A stretch of 61,342 nucleotides of DNA, the filler included, from Sphacelaria rigidula (Eukaryota), in the NCBI GenBank assembly GCA_964200075.2. It is 7 parts of 7 records of this genome, joined end to end, with 100 filler letters (N's around TTAATTAATTAA, not from the genome) between each part and the next. Parts side by side here need not be neighbours in the genome. Positions count along the whole stretch, not along the records: positions 1 to 8,678 come from CAXNAA020010406.1; positions 8,779 to 17,456 come from CAXNAA020010407.1; 5 more parts are not named here. One strand, 5' to 3'. Both the position numbers and the translations under genes were made by a program. The notes beneath the pieces were generated by a model, which was not told the origin of the DNA, did no database searches, and was given only the letters and a program-made list of their open reading frames with translations. Positions 1-12,036 of this stretch are shown piece by piece. The stretch's first letter is position 1. Each line of letters starts with the position of its first letter.

Positions 1-462
1 AATTATCAATTTCCGTTCATATATAGACAGACAGCACCCCTCGCAAATTTCAATGACAATAGTGCTGTATGCAACGAGTTAAGGCAGAATCCGTGCAGCT
101 CAGGGTGAACATCACCCCCCTCGCTGAAACCTGACCTTCGGTGTCATGGGAGAAGATGGCGCTCGACCTACACGACCAGGAGAGATACAGAGAAGTGTTT
201 CACCATGTGGACAACGTAAGCTTTCTGTTGCAAAAGGGTTCACTGAAATTCATCCGTGTCTCAAAATCAACGACTTGACTGAAGATGAAAAACGTTTAAT
301 TGTGCTCCGCACCAGGACATGGGTGCAGTAGAGGGCCCCTTTCCTTCTCTGCAAGCTGTTCACCCCAGTACAGTACAAGCGCGTGCAGCACAACACCATC
401 CACCCTAGTGTAGCACAGAACCGCATAACTTTGTTGAGTGAAGTGTAGTGCAGCACAGAGTG

Positions 463-886
463 TTGTACAACCTGTGAAGTGCAAGGTTCGGGTATGACCA
501 GCGCCGAGTGCGGGAAGAAACAGTATGTACCTTACCGCTGTAGTCGTGTGACGGTCTTGTCGAAGCCATCCGCATTCACGATGAGCGACATGCGGCCGTG
601 GATCATGTGTGATCCTGCGGGGTAGGTACTCCATGAAGGAAGGTATTCATCCCACCTGGTGCCTTTTTATTGTGCATGTATTGTACAGCCTGTGAAGTGC
701 AATATTCGGGTATGACCAGCACCGAGTGCGGAAAAAAACCGTATGTACAGTACTACATGATGGCCTTGTCGAAGCCATTCGCATTCACGATGAGCGACAT
801 GCGGCCGTGGGCCATGTGTGATTCTGCGGGTTAGGTTCTCCATCAAGAAAAGTATTGATCCCACCCGGCGCCTTTTTGTTGCACAT
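463..886 (+). repeat. Diverged tandem duplication of a ~210 bp unit
   Basis: 463-680 and 681-886 both begin ttgtaca(a/g)cctgtgaagtgcaa and share attcacgatgagcgacatgcggccgtgg. Confidence 0.85.
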
Positions 887-1856
887 CGGTGGCATGTTGG
901 GAACCTGCACTCGGGTTCGGACGACCTCCTACGGGGAGCGAGATTATCCGACTCATAAGCGACACAGATTTTGAGTTGTGAACTTGGACAGTACATCAGT
1001 ACGACGACCGCATGCAGGATCATGAGATTAGATGGTGCGGCAACCAAAACTCCCTTATCGTTGGACAGTACAGCATGATCACCCCACGATTGAAGACATC
1101 TGTAATAAGAATAATTGACGTACGATCCCACACGCATCCACTCCCCCGCACATTCGCTGACCGTAGATGTGGAAGATCCCCAAGGCTCACAGTTGGGATG
1201 CAACGTCTGGAGCACTTTTGAGACGCCGGCCGGGGCAGACCGAATGTGAGATACGGCACCGCAATCGGTCTCAAGGTAAGGGAACCACAGTACCCCTCGT
1301 GCACTATTACCGTGCGAAATAGAAGTGCTGAAGATCTAGCTCATCCGACTGCTTTCCTCTTGTTCCCGCTGATGACTGTGATATTTAAACTAAACTGAGG
1401 ACGGTTACGTCTAGGGTTATCGTCATTCCACACGGACCTGTGTATTTTACAATCTAAAAAATAAAGAAGACTGCACGACTGATACGTTGTGTCAATCTAT
1501 CGTTTTCCCGTCTATTCCGGGCAGGTAATGAAGTGTCTGCACCACTGTCGCCTCCACCCCGACCGACACATGCCACACCCGCGGTTGAAAGCAGATCTCC
1601 CCTGACGCACTCCGAATGTGCAGCCGGTGGAGAATGTGAGGGACATCGCCGAGGGTCACACCGGCGAACGAGTCAAACCGCAAAAGTGGCTGAGCTCCCG
1701 TTCCTACGGAAAATATACGGCGACTGTGCTGTTCAGTGCGCCGGAGGCGTCCTTCACGTCCAGTGATGGCGCATCTGTAGAAAGGCAGGGATTGGAGGGG
1801 TGCCATGACCATCCGAGTGCAGAAGGTAGTAACTTCCAATTTCGATCGCGTGTTAT

Positions 1857-4800
1857 GTGTTGGGCGACATCGCGTGTTATGTGATGGGCGACAAGACCAA
1901 GAAGGGGGCAACGAAGCAGAAGGTCTATACCATCCCGCCGAAGAACACAACAACCACACCAACGGCGACTCAAGGCCGGAAGTCGGCGTTGAAATCCAAC
2001 ACCAAGAACAACACCATGTACACGCAGGAGCTGCTGACCGCTTTGAGAAGGATGGTGGGGGCGCCCGAAATTTCCCCGGGGGAGAAGGAGGGGGTACTTC
2101 TCAAGCTCGGAGCGTCCGTCCTCTTCAGCATTCTCAATTCCAACGGAGGTGAGAGGAATCTGTAATACTGACCAGAGTTGTAAAGGACACAATGCCGGGA
2201 AACGAGCACATTTACAACGCACCCTCGGCCGTAGGCAACAACTTGCAGTTTGTCTGTGTCTGACCCTGGGTTCTTTTTTAAACGTCAGTGCACTAGTGCC
2301 GGACGCTTTCGCACATATTTGTAGTGATCATTCCCAAGGGCCGTCAGATCGATATTGTTTATATCCTCACGCACACTCGCCTTCTGCCATACCACCCCTT
2401 TTCCTATCACCGCGCCCCCACGTTGCCGACAGGTTTAGAGCATTCCAACACGAGCGTCGCGACACAGTGGATACGATCTGTCTGTTCCGATGCCGAGCAG
2501 CTCGATCTGTTCTACGCAACTCGGGGGGATACCGTCGACTACGCGACGGAGGTCCACCGCGAACCTCCTCAGGCCGCGACTGAGGGCGGTTATCCAGCAG
2601 TGGAAAGCTACCATGCCGACAGGGTGATACCGAATGGACCGACGCTGGGACCGAGCTATCGATAGTTGCTTACGACGACCCCGATGCCGTGGGAATCATT
2701 AAAGCTCATGAGCAACAAGGGCGGACAGAAAATATACAAAAGGGTCACACGTAATTCCATCCCACATCGACCAAGGCCCTGCCCCGCGGGTCAGGCTCCC
2801 AGAGCTGGCTGCGGAAAAACAGCAAACAGGCGAGAAACTACCTGGCTCGCAGTGTTTTCGAGCGAGTATTAGTCGAAAACCACGATGGACCCTTGATAGT
2901 CACATACGGTAGTTAAATACCGCCCGCCCGAAGCGGCTCCACGCCAAGGCTCCCTGTGGAAGAAATGGCAGTGGCGTTGGCGATGGTGGCGGCGACGGTG
3001 GAAGAAGCGGTGGTGACGGTGGCAGTGGAAGAAGTGACGGTGGCGGCGGCGGCGGTGGTACCGGACGAGGGAGAGGGCGCGACACCGGCGGCGATTATGG
3101 CATACGCGGTGGGACGCGCCGATGCTCTTGGACGCACAAGGGGGGGTGGGGCCCAGCAGTGGGATGCGACAGTGATAATGGCAGCTACCGGGGGGGGCGG
3201 TGGACACGGAAACGGCGGTAGAGGCGTCGAGTGAGAGTGGTGACGGCGATTGTGTTTCGATGGGGGTCAGCGGGTGCAATTAAGCGGCGGCATCGGTCCG
3301 GGGGGGGGGGGGGGGGGGACCGGGGGGGCCGGGGGGGGGGGTGGCAGGGGCCCGGCAAGGGGGCCCCCGCAGACATATCTTGGGGGGGGGCGGGGAGGGG
3401 GACAAGGTGAGGCGGCGGCGGCGCCGAGGAGAGCGCCACGCGCTGGTGTCGGTGCCGACGGGGGGGTCCGGGGGACTCCACGTTCGTCTCTCGCGCCGTC
3501 ATCAGAGAGCAGGAGAGCAGACACAGCGGCGGCAGCAGAACCATATTTACAACGTACGTAGGGGGGCACCGTTCAATTGGTGACTTGCAACCCATCTGTT
3601 GTGTTGGCGTGATGACAAGGGGCCTGACCGGAGCATCCATAGCGCAGTTGGACTCGGCATAGGTGAGGGGGAGATGTCCGCAGTGCACTTCATCATTCAC
3701 TCCGGGACGTTATTTTAGAAGCATTTGAAGAAATGGCTCGTGACATCCATTGACACTGATCAGTGTATACTTGTCCTGTTGGCCATGTCCTGGGGGTATA
3801 TTGAGTCACAGGGCTCCAACGCGGTGCAAGTAACTGCCAAACGCGTTGTGAACGGAGGCCCTCGGTACATACTGATGAACAGAGTGTACAGCGCCATCGT
3901 GACTCTGAGGGACGGGAGCGAAAGTGCATGGCCTTCCAACGGACAATATGATTGGCTGACGCATCCTGTAAAGGTGGCGCTGTTTGCTTTCACCTATCTA
4001 TTGGCTGGCTGCGACTTCCTGCCGCGTATATCCGGGATTCTCTTCCTCAAAATGTGGGAATTCGGTCTGAAGGCACTGAGAACGCCGAATCTGTTCACGA
4101 AAGCGATAGTGGTGATCGACGAGGGTAGGGCGAGGGTGGAGGTGGACGAGGGGGTCAAGCTACTGGCCACGATGTTTTTCTTCAGGTACGAAAACTCATT
4201 TGCGCAAGTCGCCGCGGATCCTGGACATCTCTCCACCACGACAGGGCAGAATCTTGACTCTTTCGTGAACAAGATTCGTCTGTGCATCACCACAGTATAT
4301 GGGCACATGCCTTCCGGATGCTGCCCAGACTTGGACGCCTGCCAGAAGCACGTGGATAAGGCCGACGCTGTATTGGAATACTGGGGGGGGGGGGGCTTTG
4401 GGATGAGCATGGACACAGTAAACTTCAACGGGTGCGGATGGGGCGTTGAACCGGAAAAAAAGACTCACCACAAGGGTGTGGTAAAGGCGGCGAGCAGAGG
4501 GGCGGTGGAGTTTACACGGGACAACATAGTTGTATACTTGTCAAGCCACACGCATGTCGATACATGGGGGAACGTGCCACACCCTGGACAATATATTATA
4601 TTGTTAAAAAAAGTACTGCGTGCAGTGAGGAATCTTTTGTCTGTTGCAATAGGCGCAATAGTCGATACTGCACGCAGTACACTTTTTGACTGTCTATTCT
4701 TTTGTCCAGGGTATGGAACGTGCGAACCCCGAGATGCGCGTGCAAGCCGGAAAGGACGGCGCAAAGAGGTCACCGGTGCCGAGATTGCAGTTATTTGGGA

Positions 4801-5342
4801 ATTTGCACGCTGAGCTGCGGTTGCCAGGGCCGCTGCTTTTTGCCCCCACCCTCTGTCCCAGCGATCGACGCTACTGCTACAGGTGATTCCGCCGGAGGAT
4901 ATGTCGATACATGCCGTCGACGTCGTAAGGGGAGGGGCGGATCCACGGCGAACCGTGGAAGGGCGGGTCAGCGGCGAACCATGGAAGGGGCGGATATGCG
5001 GCGAACCACGGAAGGGGCGGGTCAGCGGTGTTGCGTGGCGAGGGGCAGGCGAATGGAGCGACGAAGGCCCCGGGGGCAGGTGTTGATAGCAGTCGTGGTG
5101 AGGAGTGCTTCCGACGAGATGGCGGGAGGATGGCGAGGGTAGCGGGAGGGGAATCGGATCCGGGACCAGATCCTACCAGTCGCAGTTGTTGCGACGGCGG
5201 TCTAGATGGCCCCGCAGAGGGCGGATCGAAGCATTCAGCCGGGATCTGGCTTGGAGATTCAGACTCCGAGTGTAGCGACTCAGTGGTGGAGGATTCAGCA
5301 TCGGAAGCGGGCAAAGACGACGACGATGAATTCGCATTTTGA
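1857..5342 (+). pseudogene. Disrupted gene for a FEN1/XPG/XRN-superfamily 5' nuclease with C-terminal CXC domain and acidic tail
   Basis: Ordered motifs: QIDIV (~2345), AYDDPDAVxIIKAHExxGR (~2670-2725), GIGEGEM (~3655-3677), SIDTD (~3745), LLAGCDFLP (~4000-4025), CPDLDACQKHVDKA..W..GW, then CACK..CRDC..CTLSCGC..C. Lesions include TAA ~2752, TAG ~3716, frameshifts and a MITE insertion. An in-phase GT-AG intron is possible at 2149-2324. Confidence 0.7.
4578..4715. mobile_element. 138-bp hAT-type MITE
   Basis: TIRs CACACCCTGGACAA / TTGTCCAGGGTATG with a perfect 8-bp TSD GAACGTGC (4570-4577, 4716-4723). Absent from the paralogous site at ~17315. Confidence 0.85.
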
Positions 5343-6389
5343 TTGCACCTTTAACGAAAGTCGTAGACATGTTTCTTGCAGATGAGTTGCGTAGGGATAA
5401 AAGTAACCGTGGGAGTTATCTTCTGCAGGCGGAAGTTATAACCCATGCGTAGGGTTGATGCGGAAGTTGTAGAGTACTTGATGCAGTGTGCCCTTGTGTG
5501 CAGATGTCTACGGTGGGTCGTCCGGCTTCACCCTTGGGCGAATCGCCGGTTGTATCTCAAGATGATGCGTGATACTACTGGAACAAACGACTGATAAAGC
5601 GAAAATGATGATCAAGGCGTGGTGTTACAGAGAACCTTATGGAATATTGTGCAACACGGCCACCGCACGCGCATGTACTCCAATCGTGAGGCGGCGTTCA
5701 CAGTGCTTTGCACAGCCGCCACGAATATTTGGTGTGACTGATAAAAACCGATCGTAAAAAATTGAGGACAACGGTTTTCATTGACGATGATAACTCGGTT
5801 TATTTCAGTCTTCATATGTGTGGGCCTATTTTTCGAAATATGCCTGCATTCCTTCAGGTACCGATAGCCATCACCAATTTCTGCATGCCATACAAGATTG
5901 AAATCCGATTACCAAATTTCTGGGGTCCTATATGTATATGTTCTGTGGTGATGGGGGGGGGCACGTGATAAAAATGGAACACGTAAATTCATCCTCCATG
6001 TCGCAGAACAGCGCTCCGAAGTGCTGCACGCTGGAGGAACATCGGGTGATGTTCTTCGTCCCTAACCCTTCATTATTGCCCACCAAACTTCGGTCCGCAT
6101 CACACCGGACAGTCGATGCGACTACCTATGCTTCGAAGCAAACCCTGACACCGTTTCCGTGGCATCTCTCTTTTGTTTCCGATAGCTTACAGTATCACTG
6201 ACGACACAAGGAATCGGCAGACCGTGAGTGTGCGTTTATACCTTGCGCGCGGCAATCCCGTGAGCACGCTTCATGCGCCGCCCCGGCGACAATGACAAGC
6301 ACATGTCTGGAACGTCTTTCCCACTGGGGGGCAATGTTAATTGTCGCATGCATGCTTGCGAGAGAAAATAATCCAAGGGTCGGACAAAT

Positions 6390-6630
6390 TATGATTCGTC
6401 TGGAAGTTACTTGGTTTTAGTATCCGATTCGACTCGTACGAATCAACCCCCAGGCTGTGTTTTCAGCGTTGCAACCCAGGTACACGCAGCCCAGACACGT
6501 GGAATGGCGCAAAAGTTGCGTGGATACCCCTCGGACCAGTGGTCAACTTTTTTCTTCCTTTCGGGCAATTAGGCCGAAGAAATCGTGGATTTGGTGATTC
6601 GTAGTGGTGATGATTCGTCCTAACCGTGAA
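6390..6630. repeat. Interspersed repeat (unclassified), also at ~31530-31760 (reverse) and ~49010-49250
   Basis: Shared atgattcgtctggaa.ttactt...gtacgaatcaa...ttttcagc.ttgcaaccc...gcagcccag.cacgtg.aatg across three contigs. Confidence 0.75.
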
Positions 6631-7309
6631 ATAATCCCCACACAACACACCAGGTGGACGCGGTGCAATTACTACCTGCTCAATGCGGATATCACATGTG
6701 ACCCGATGGGTTTTCACGCCGCCCCTCACATGTTGTAACACCCCTCACCGACATGGCAATATCTCGACGCACACGGCAGCTATCGACACAATTCAAATTG
6801 CTCTGTGTAGATAAAACGTATACCTACCAGTCCTCCACTTCTTGGCGGTCAACACTCTTGTTTAAAATTGGAAGTTGAGGTGAATTGAAGGTCATCTACT
6901 GCAGATATTGCACTGTTTCGGTACTCAATTATTGAAGTCTGCCAGGACTTGAACGACGACTAGTGTCTAGTAGGACCTGCCTGTAGAGTTTTGGCTTCGT
7001 GACGTTCGTCAGTAGTGAGTAATCTTCTATTGCGTAAAGGACGGGCATGTTGGAAAATGATTTTTTTGCTTGTACAAATAGTTACAACTTTTTTTAGGGG
7101 TATTCATCGCTGGTTTGTGAGCTGTACTGGGTGGAATTGAGTCAGACTGCAATCAGAAGGTAGCTGAAGACATATACTACAGCTGTGTATCGCTTTAGCT
7201 GCGATATAATCTTCTGTACACTTCTTAGACTCCGTCGCGTCTTCATTTTGGGGGTGGTGGTGGGAAACGTGACACTAACCCCCGGCGTAACACTGAGTAG
7301 AGGATACCA

Positions 7310-7580
7310 TTGAGGTGAAAAGCGGTCAATTAGTGGATGAATCGTTTCAGTTCCAAAAGGCCCCTCCACGAGGCTCGGTATGCTTTCTGTAGTAGCTTGC
7401 CACTGAGGCCTTTGATATCCCTGAGTATGATATCGACGTGTAGCTGTAAGCACACGCCACTGATGGAGGCAAACAAAAACACGCACGAAATGGCAAAAAT
7501 TGTTTTGGCTAAGTTAAGGCGAATGATCAAAGCCACTCTAAATCAGCGTTCTACTCTCAATCTCTCGAAAACGTTGTTAC
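7310..7580. repeat. Interspersed repeat (unclassified), second copy at ~52140-52395
   Basis: Shared gaatcgtttcagttcc...tgtagtagcttgccactgaggcc...gcgaatgatcaaagccactct. Confidence 0.75.
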
Positions 7581-8166
7581 TCGTGCTCTTCAGACGTGTG
7601 AAAAACTCCATCCTCGATTTCCATCATCGCAGCTGCTATCTCAGGGACGACAACACATTTGTAGTGATCTGTGTGGCAGCCACTGCAACCAATCAAGCTT
7701 GAAGCTCTGCAGGCGATCACTCTGGGCACTGCGGTGTAATACAGTGGTACAAAGGTATGTATTACCGCAGGTAGGTGCGTACCAGTAAACACATTGTGCA
7801 ACTGATCGCTCAACCAGCGAGCACCTTCTTGTGCGCCGACAGTGGTCATCTTCCGATCATGTAGACTGTAAAATAGTCAGTGGGTTCCCAAAGGGTCAAC
7901 TATTGTACAATTCATGCTGTACTGTACACGAATACACACTGACTATTGTACCGTATTATCTTAGGGAAGGGGGGGGGCATCCTCGCGGCGAAGGGCTAAT
8001 GGATCTGGGACTAGTTTCTTGTTTCTCAAGGCTGCAGTGTCGATGACAGATTTCTTCTCCGCCGAGACTTTTGTATTTCCTATCCCTGTTTTCGCTCCGA
8101 TCTGAGCAAATTTTCTTGGTACGATATCAAGTTCTAAAAATCTGAAAAATTGAGCCTCGCTTTCTC

Positions 8167-8348
8167 AACCCTTACACCTGCTGAATTGGCATCAATATAC
8201 TCACTTGAAAAAAGTATGCGTGATCGAGATGGACTACCCGCAACGAGGTCAAAGGGTTAACAGGTCATCTGTTGAGTCGGCATCAATTTCACTTGGAAAA
8301 GGTATGCATAGTCCAGATGGACTACTACGTTCGCGGTCAAAGGGTTGA
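8167..8348. mobile_element. Two adjacent ~90 bp piggyBac-like MITE copies
   Basis: Both end in ggtcaaagggtt and carry the internal ggcatcaat..tcacttg.aaaa motif of the 24035-24132 family. Confidence 0.55.
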
Positions 8349-8678
8349 GTGCTGTCGCCACCTGTATATCTGTAACAACTTATCGGCAATGACCCGCTCA
8401 TGCGGCACAGCCAGCTACCTGACGCTCTACAGAATGTCTCTCATCGCATGGACGGAGCGGCACCAGCGAATGCAGGGAGCCTGCGGGGGTGCGGAGTAGA
8501 AGCAGAAAAGCCGCAGCCGCTACTAGTATAGCAAGAACGGCTGTCGGAGTTCAAGTATTTGTTTTCGTTCAGAACCAACCGAGTGCCTTCGTCGTGCAGA
8601 CATTTAATTCGCCGACTATCTCTCCGGTTTTCGTGGCGTCGCTCTTCTTATTTTCTTTATTTTTTCTTCATTTTGGTA

Positions 8679-8778
8679 NNNNNNNNNNNNNNNNNNNNNN
8701 NNNNNNNNNNNNNNNNNNNNNNTTAATTAATTAANNNNNNNNNNNNNNNNNNNNNNNNNNNNNNNNNNNNNNNNNNNN
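8679..8778. other. Artificial contig spacer; identical spacers at 17457-17556, 26235-26334, 35012-35111, 43789-43888, 52566-52665
   Basis: N44-TTAATTAATTAA-N44 (stops in six frames) separating segments of 8678, 8678, 8678, 8677, 8677, 8677, 8677 bp. Confidence 0.97.
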
Positions 8779-9030
8779 GCCACCCCTGGCCTAGCATGTC
8801 CTTCGAGAGTGAAGCCAGTATCACCTCGTGATCAGACCACGACACCACTGCTGTAGAGGGACTCCCCAGTCTTACTGGCCTCAGTTTCAGTTGTCAGCCT
8901 TTACAACATTTCCATTATTCAGGAGTGCCGTTCCAAGGCACCCACCTAGACACGCCAGGGTATCAACCTAGTGTCCCCGGTCATTATCCAGATCATCACA
9001 ACCAACTCAACGTAACGTATTTTCGTCACA
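8779..9030 (-). mobile_element. Probable 3' LTR (partial, cut by contig end) of the Gypsy element
   Basis: On the minus strand, a short purine-rich ggggatgc tract is followed by TGTGACG..., about 75 nt after the pol stop. Confidence 0.5.
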
Positions 9031-9105
9031 GCATCCCCAAAGCGCGTTGGACGGAAATCGATCAAAAAGCTTGACACATGAAAAAACGCCAGAATGATGA
9101 GTACG

Positions 9106-10035
9106 TCACAACTGAATACCAAACTCACTCAGAATGCGAGCAACGACGGCACGAGTTACGCGCAATTTACGCAACCTCTTCGTAAGGAATTCCGGAGCGG
9201 CCTCAAAAATATTCTTGACAGACTCCCACGTACGATCCTCGACTTCGAAACCAACCCAGTCGACCAACACGATCAACGAACGGTCGCCTGCTTTTGCCAC
9301 TCGGACAATACCAGTCATCTGAAATTGCCCCTGATTGAAAGCATGCTGGAACACGTCCTTAACGTCAGCCGTAACATCAAGCTGCGAGTTTGCATAAAAA
9401 CGCAGGCGAGCTACATGGGCGGTCTGAACACGATCCGGAACAATGTTCTAAATCACAAACACGTGCGGTTGGTAAGCATCCACCACTCTCCACGGACCAG
9501 TCCACGTCGCCATCAACTTGGGCGTAACACCCCGACGACGCACGCGTGCATACAAGGCATAGTCGCCAACCTCATGATTCGGCAATTCCAGCCCCGACGA
9601 GGACCCCGCACGTCTACGCGCACGTTCAGCGGCAACACGTTCCTGCACTTGAACGTGGAAACGTTCTTGCAAGCCCAAGACTCCTTGCAATGCACGCTTA
9701 ATTTGAACATCGTCCAGAACATCACACTTCCATTCCCCCACCGACGAAGACGCCAACACCGAGAAAGACGTCCGGGGGGCACGACCAAACATCACGTGGT
9801 ACGGCGTACTGTCGTCACGACGACGATACACTGTATTAGACTAAGCGCCATTCGCACCGCCGGTAACACGTCCACCCACTCGGAAACCGCCCTACGCTGC
9901 TCGAGAAGAATAGAGCAAAGAGCACGAACTACTTCCTTGACCATGCGTTCGCACGTACCGTTAGACCACGGAGAATACGCTACCCCGAACTGGTGATCAA
10001 CGCGCAAAGCCTCTCGCAATCGGGCCAAGATTGCA
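9106..10035 (-). mobile_element. Gypsy/Ty3 pol 3' fragment: integrase core C-terminal part, GPY/F motif and chromodomain-like tail (degenerate)
   Basis: AYSPWSNGTCERMVKEV, STPYHVMFGRAPR, PKLMATWTGPWRVV, AHVARLRFY, VLVDWVGFEVEDRTWE; contains a frameshift and a stop. Confidence 0.9.
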
Positions 10036-11559
10036 TTCTTGGAATGCGTGGGTCTATTATTGCCGCAACACCGTCCCTGCTGGAACGTATCTGACAGAGA
10101 ACAGTAGCGATGACGGGAACATCGCCCTGTGTTTCCACGACGCATTCTGCAGCGCACAGAGGCGTGTCCTGCCCAAAACGTGAGACAGAAAGGAGTCGAT
10201 CTTTGCATTGGTAAGCTCCACAGACAAGAAACGACGACCCCGCTCGGCACCTCGATGTTCTTTGGGGGCTATGCAGCAATAACCTGCCCACCGGCACATG
10301 AGAAATTGGGTACATGCTGGTAACATGATGCCAATCTCTCGAGCTATTGGTAATCGCCGAGCGAGGCCACACAAAGCCTACGGGCGGAGAGCTTCCTCTC
10401 TGCCGCTACTGCTCCGTTGGTATCGTCATCGACACGCGTGTACACCGCATTCGTTCGGTGGACCTAGCCACAAGTGTCCAACTGCTGCAGAGTTTTGGGG
10501 GGGGGATGATATCCCTTGGTGTGCTTGTTTCGCGCTTGACCTACAATTTAGTTGTCCCGCTTGAACCTCATTGTAGTATCCAACTCCATTTTTCAGGGTC
10601 GGCTATTCGATGGTGGGCCTGTGAATAGACAATAGGGAATGAATCATCATGATGAGAAGTGGAAACACGGCGGGTAGAGGTCGACGGCCTGATTTCGGGG
10701 GCAGTCGCACACTCTAGGTCACCCCTCACAATATACTACTCGAAAACGCGGGGTTTTGAATATTTTCAGAACGCCGTCAAGTGGTGCGTTTAGCATCAGT
10801 GGAGGGATGGGAGTCCTCCTGGCGGGATTTCAGCCACTGTGCCAAGTCCAATCGATAAGGGACATCGACCGTACTTTGATGGATCCCGCGCATGCGGGCG
10901 AGGAGCGTCAGAATGAGATGGGGGCAGGCTCGGGCGACCAGCGTCAGCGACCCGAGCCTGATAATGCGACTGAATGTACTTTTGGTTGAGGTTGCGCTTA
11001 CCACTACCATAGTTACAATTCCTGAGTCGGGGGCGGTTGTGTGAACTGCGAGAGTCGCCAGATTGAGTGCGACAGTGTGAACGCTTCCGCGATTGCCAGC
11101 CACGCCAACATTGTGAATATTTGGTTAAAGAAAAAGAGCTTTAGCACACCGAATGCGTTTGTGAAGGGTTCCTCACAGGTGCTCGTCGAATATATGGGTA
11201 CGTGATCGACCGCGGAACACCAGTATGTTGATCAAACCAAACGCCACAACACAGATATCTGTCCTTACAGGGGTAAATCAAGTCAGCCCGAATGAGAGGG
11301 TCTACGTGACCGATCACAGCAGTAGGTCGGTATGATTCGCAGATGTACTGACTTGATGTACTTGCGATCAAATTTCCGGCGCGAAACGTCAGGTAAGTGA
11401 CCGACTGGCTTCGTCCGAGGTTGATACCGGCGCGTGAACATGACCTTACTGACTGGCTGACTCAATAATTGATCCATGTCAGCAAGCGGAACAGATGGTG
11501 GAACCCACCCGTGATGCTGAAAATTGAATCAAAAAGCGTTGAAGGGGTCTATCACCAGC

Positions 11560-11940
11560 TCGCCAGCCTCATAAGGCATTGTCCCCGAACACGTGAGTGC
11601 AAGGATCCTCAAGGCACGAGTAGCTTTCAGGGATAGAGTTTCCACGGCCTTCATTATAGGGTATGCTCGTACTGAGACAGGACACGGCTCTGAGAGGACC
11701 AAGTTCTGGAAGACCCTCAACAGTTCCAACCCTGAAGTGCCCATTGACGAGTACCCACTACTCATGATGGATGCCAATGCTCGTACCGGAAAGACAGCAG
11801 GGGAGGGTATGGATGACGCTCGGGTATTTGGAGAGTATGGCCGAGACGCCTGGAATAAAAATGGTAGATGCCTACTGAAATGCGCTGCTGAATATAAGAC
11901 AGCCCTCATCAACACATTTTTTCGCACGCCAACTCGCACG
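11560..11940 (+). mobile_element. LINE (probably RTE-like) apurinic endonuclease fragment
   Basis: VSARILKARV...IIGYARTE...FWKTL...LLMMDANARTG...FGEYGRDAWNKNGRCLL...INTFF are typical APE motifs. Confidence 0.8.
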
Positions 11941-12036
11941 GAAAGTTCGGCCTCGTTGTGGCGGAAGAGCAGATGGTTGTAATGCGTGAGAGGACCGCGT
12001 GCTCAGTGGATCGCATCGGAATTTGAACATCTCTAT

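Larger units (their letters stand above)
1012..5342 (+). mobile_element. Repeated element, copy 1, carrying a degenerate PIN-fold (FEN1/XPG/XRN-like) nuclease + CXC ORF
   Basis: Colinear, high-identity match to 12405-17456 in another contig. True ends are not defined and may extend beyond these coordinates. Confidence 0.7.

Noticed and set aside
9094-9996. 300-aa plus-strand ORF
   Set aside because: Antisense shadow of the Gypsy integrase.
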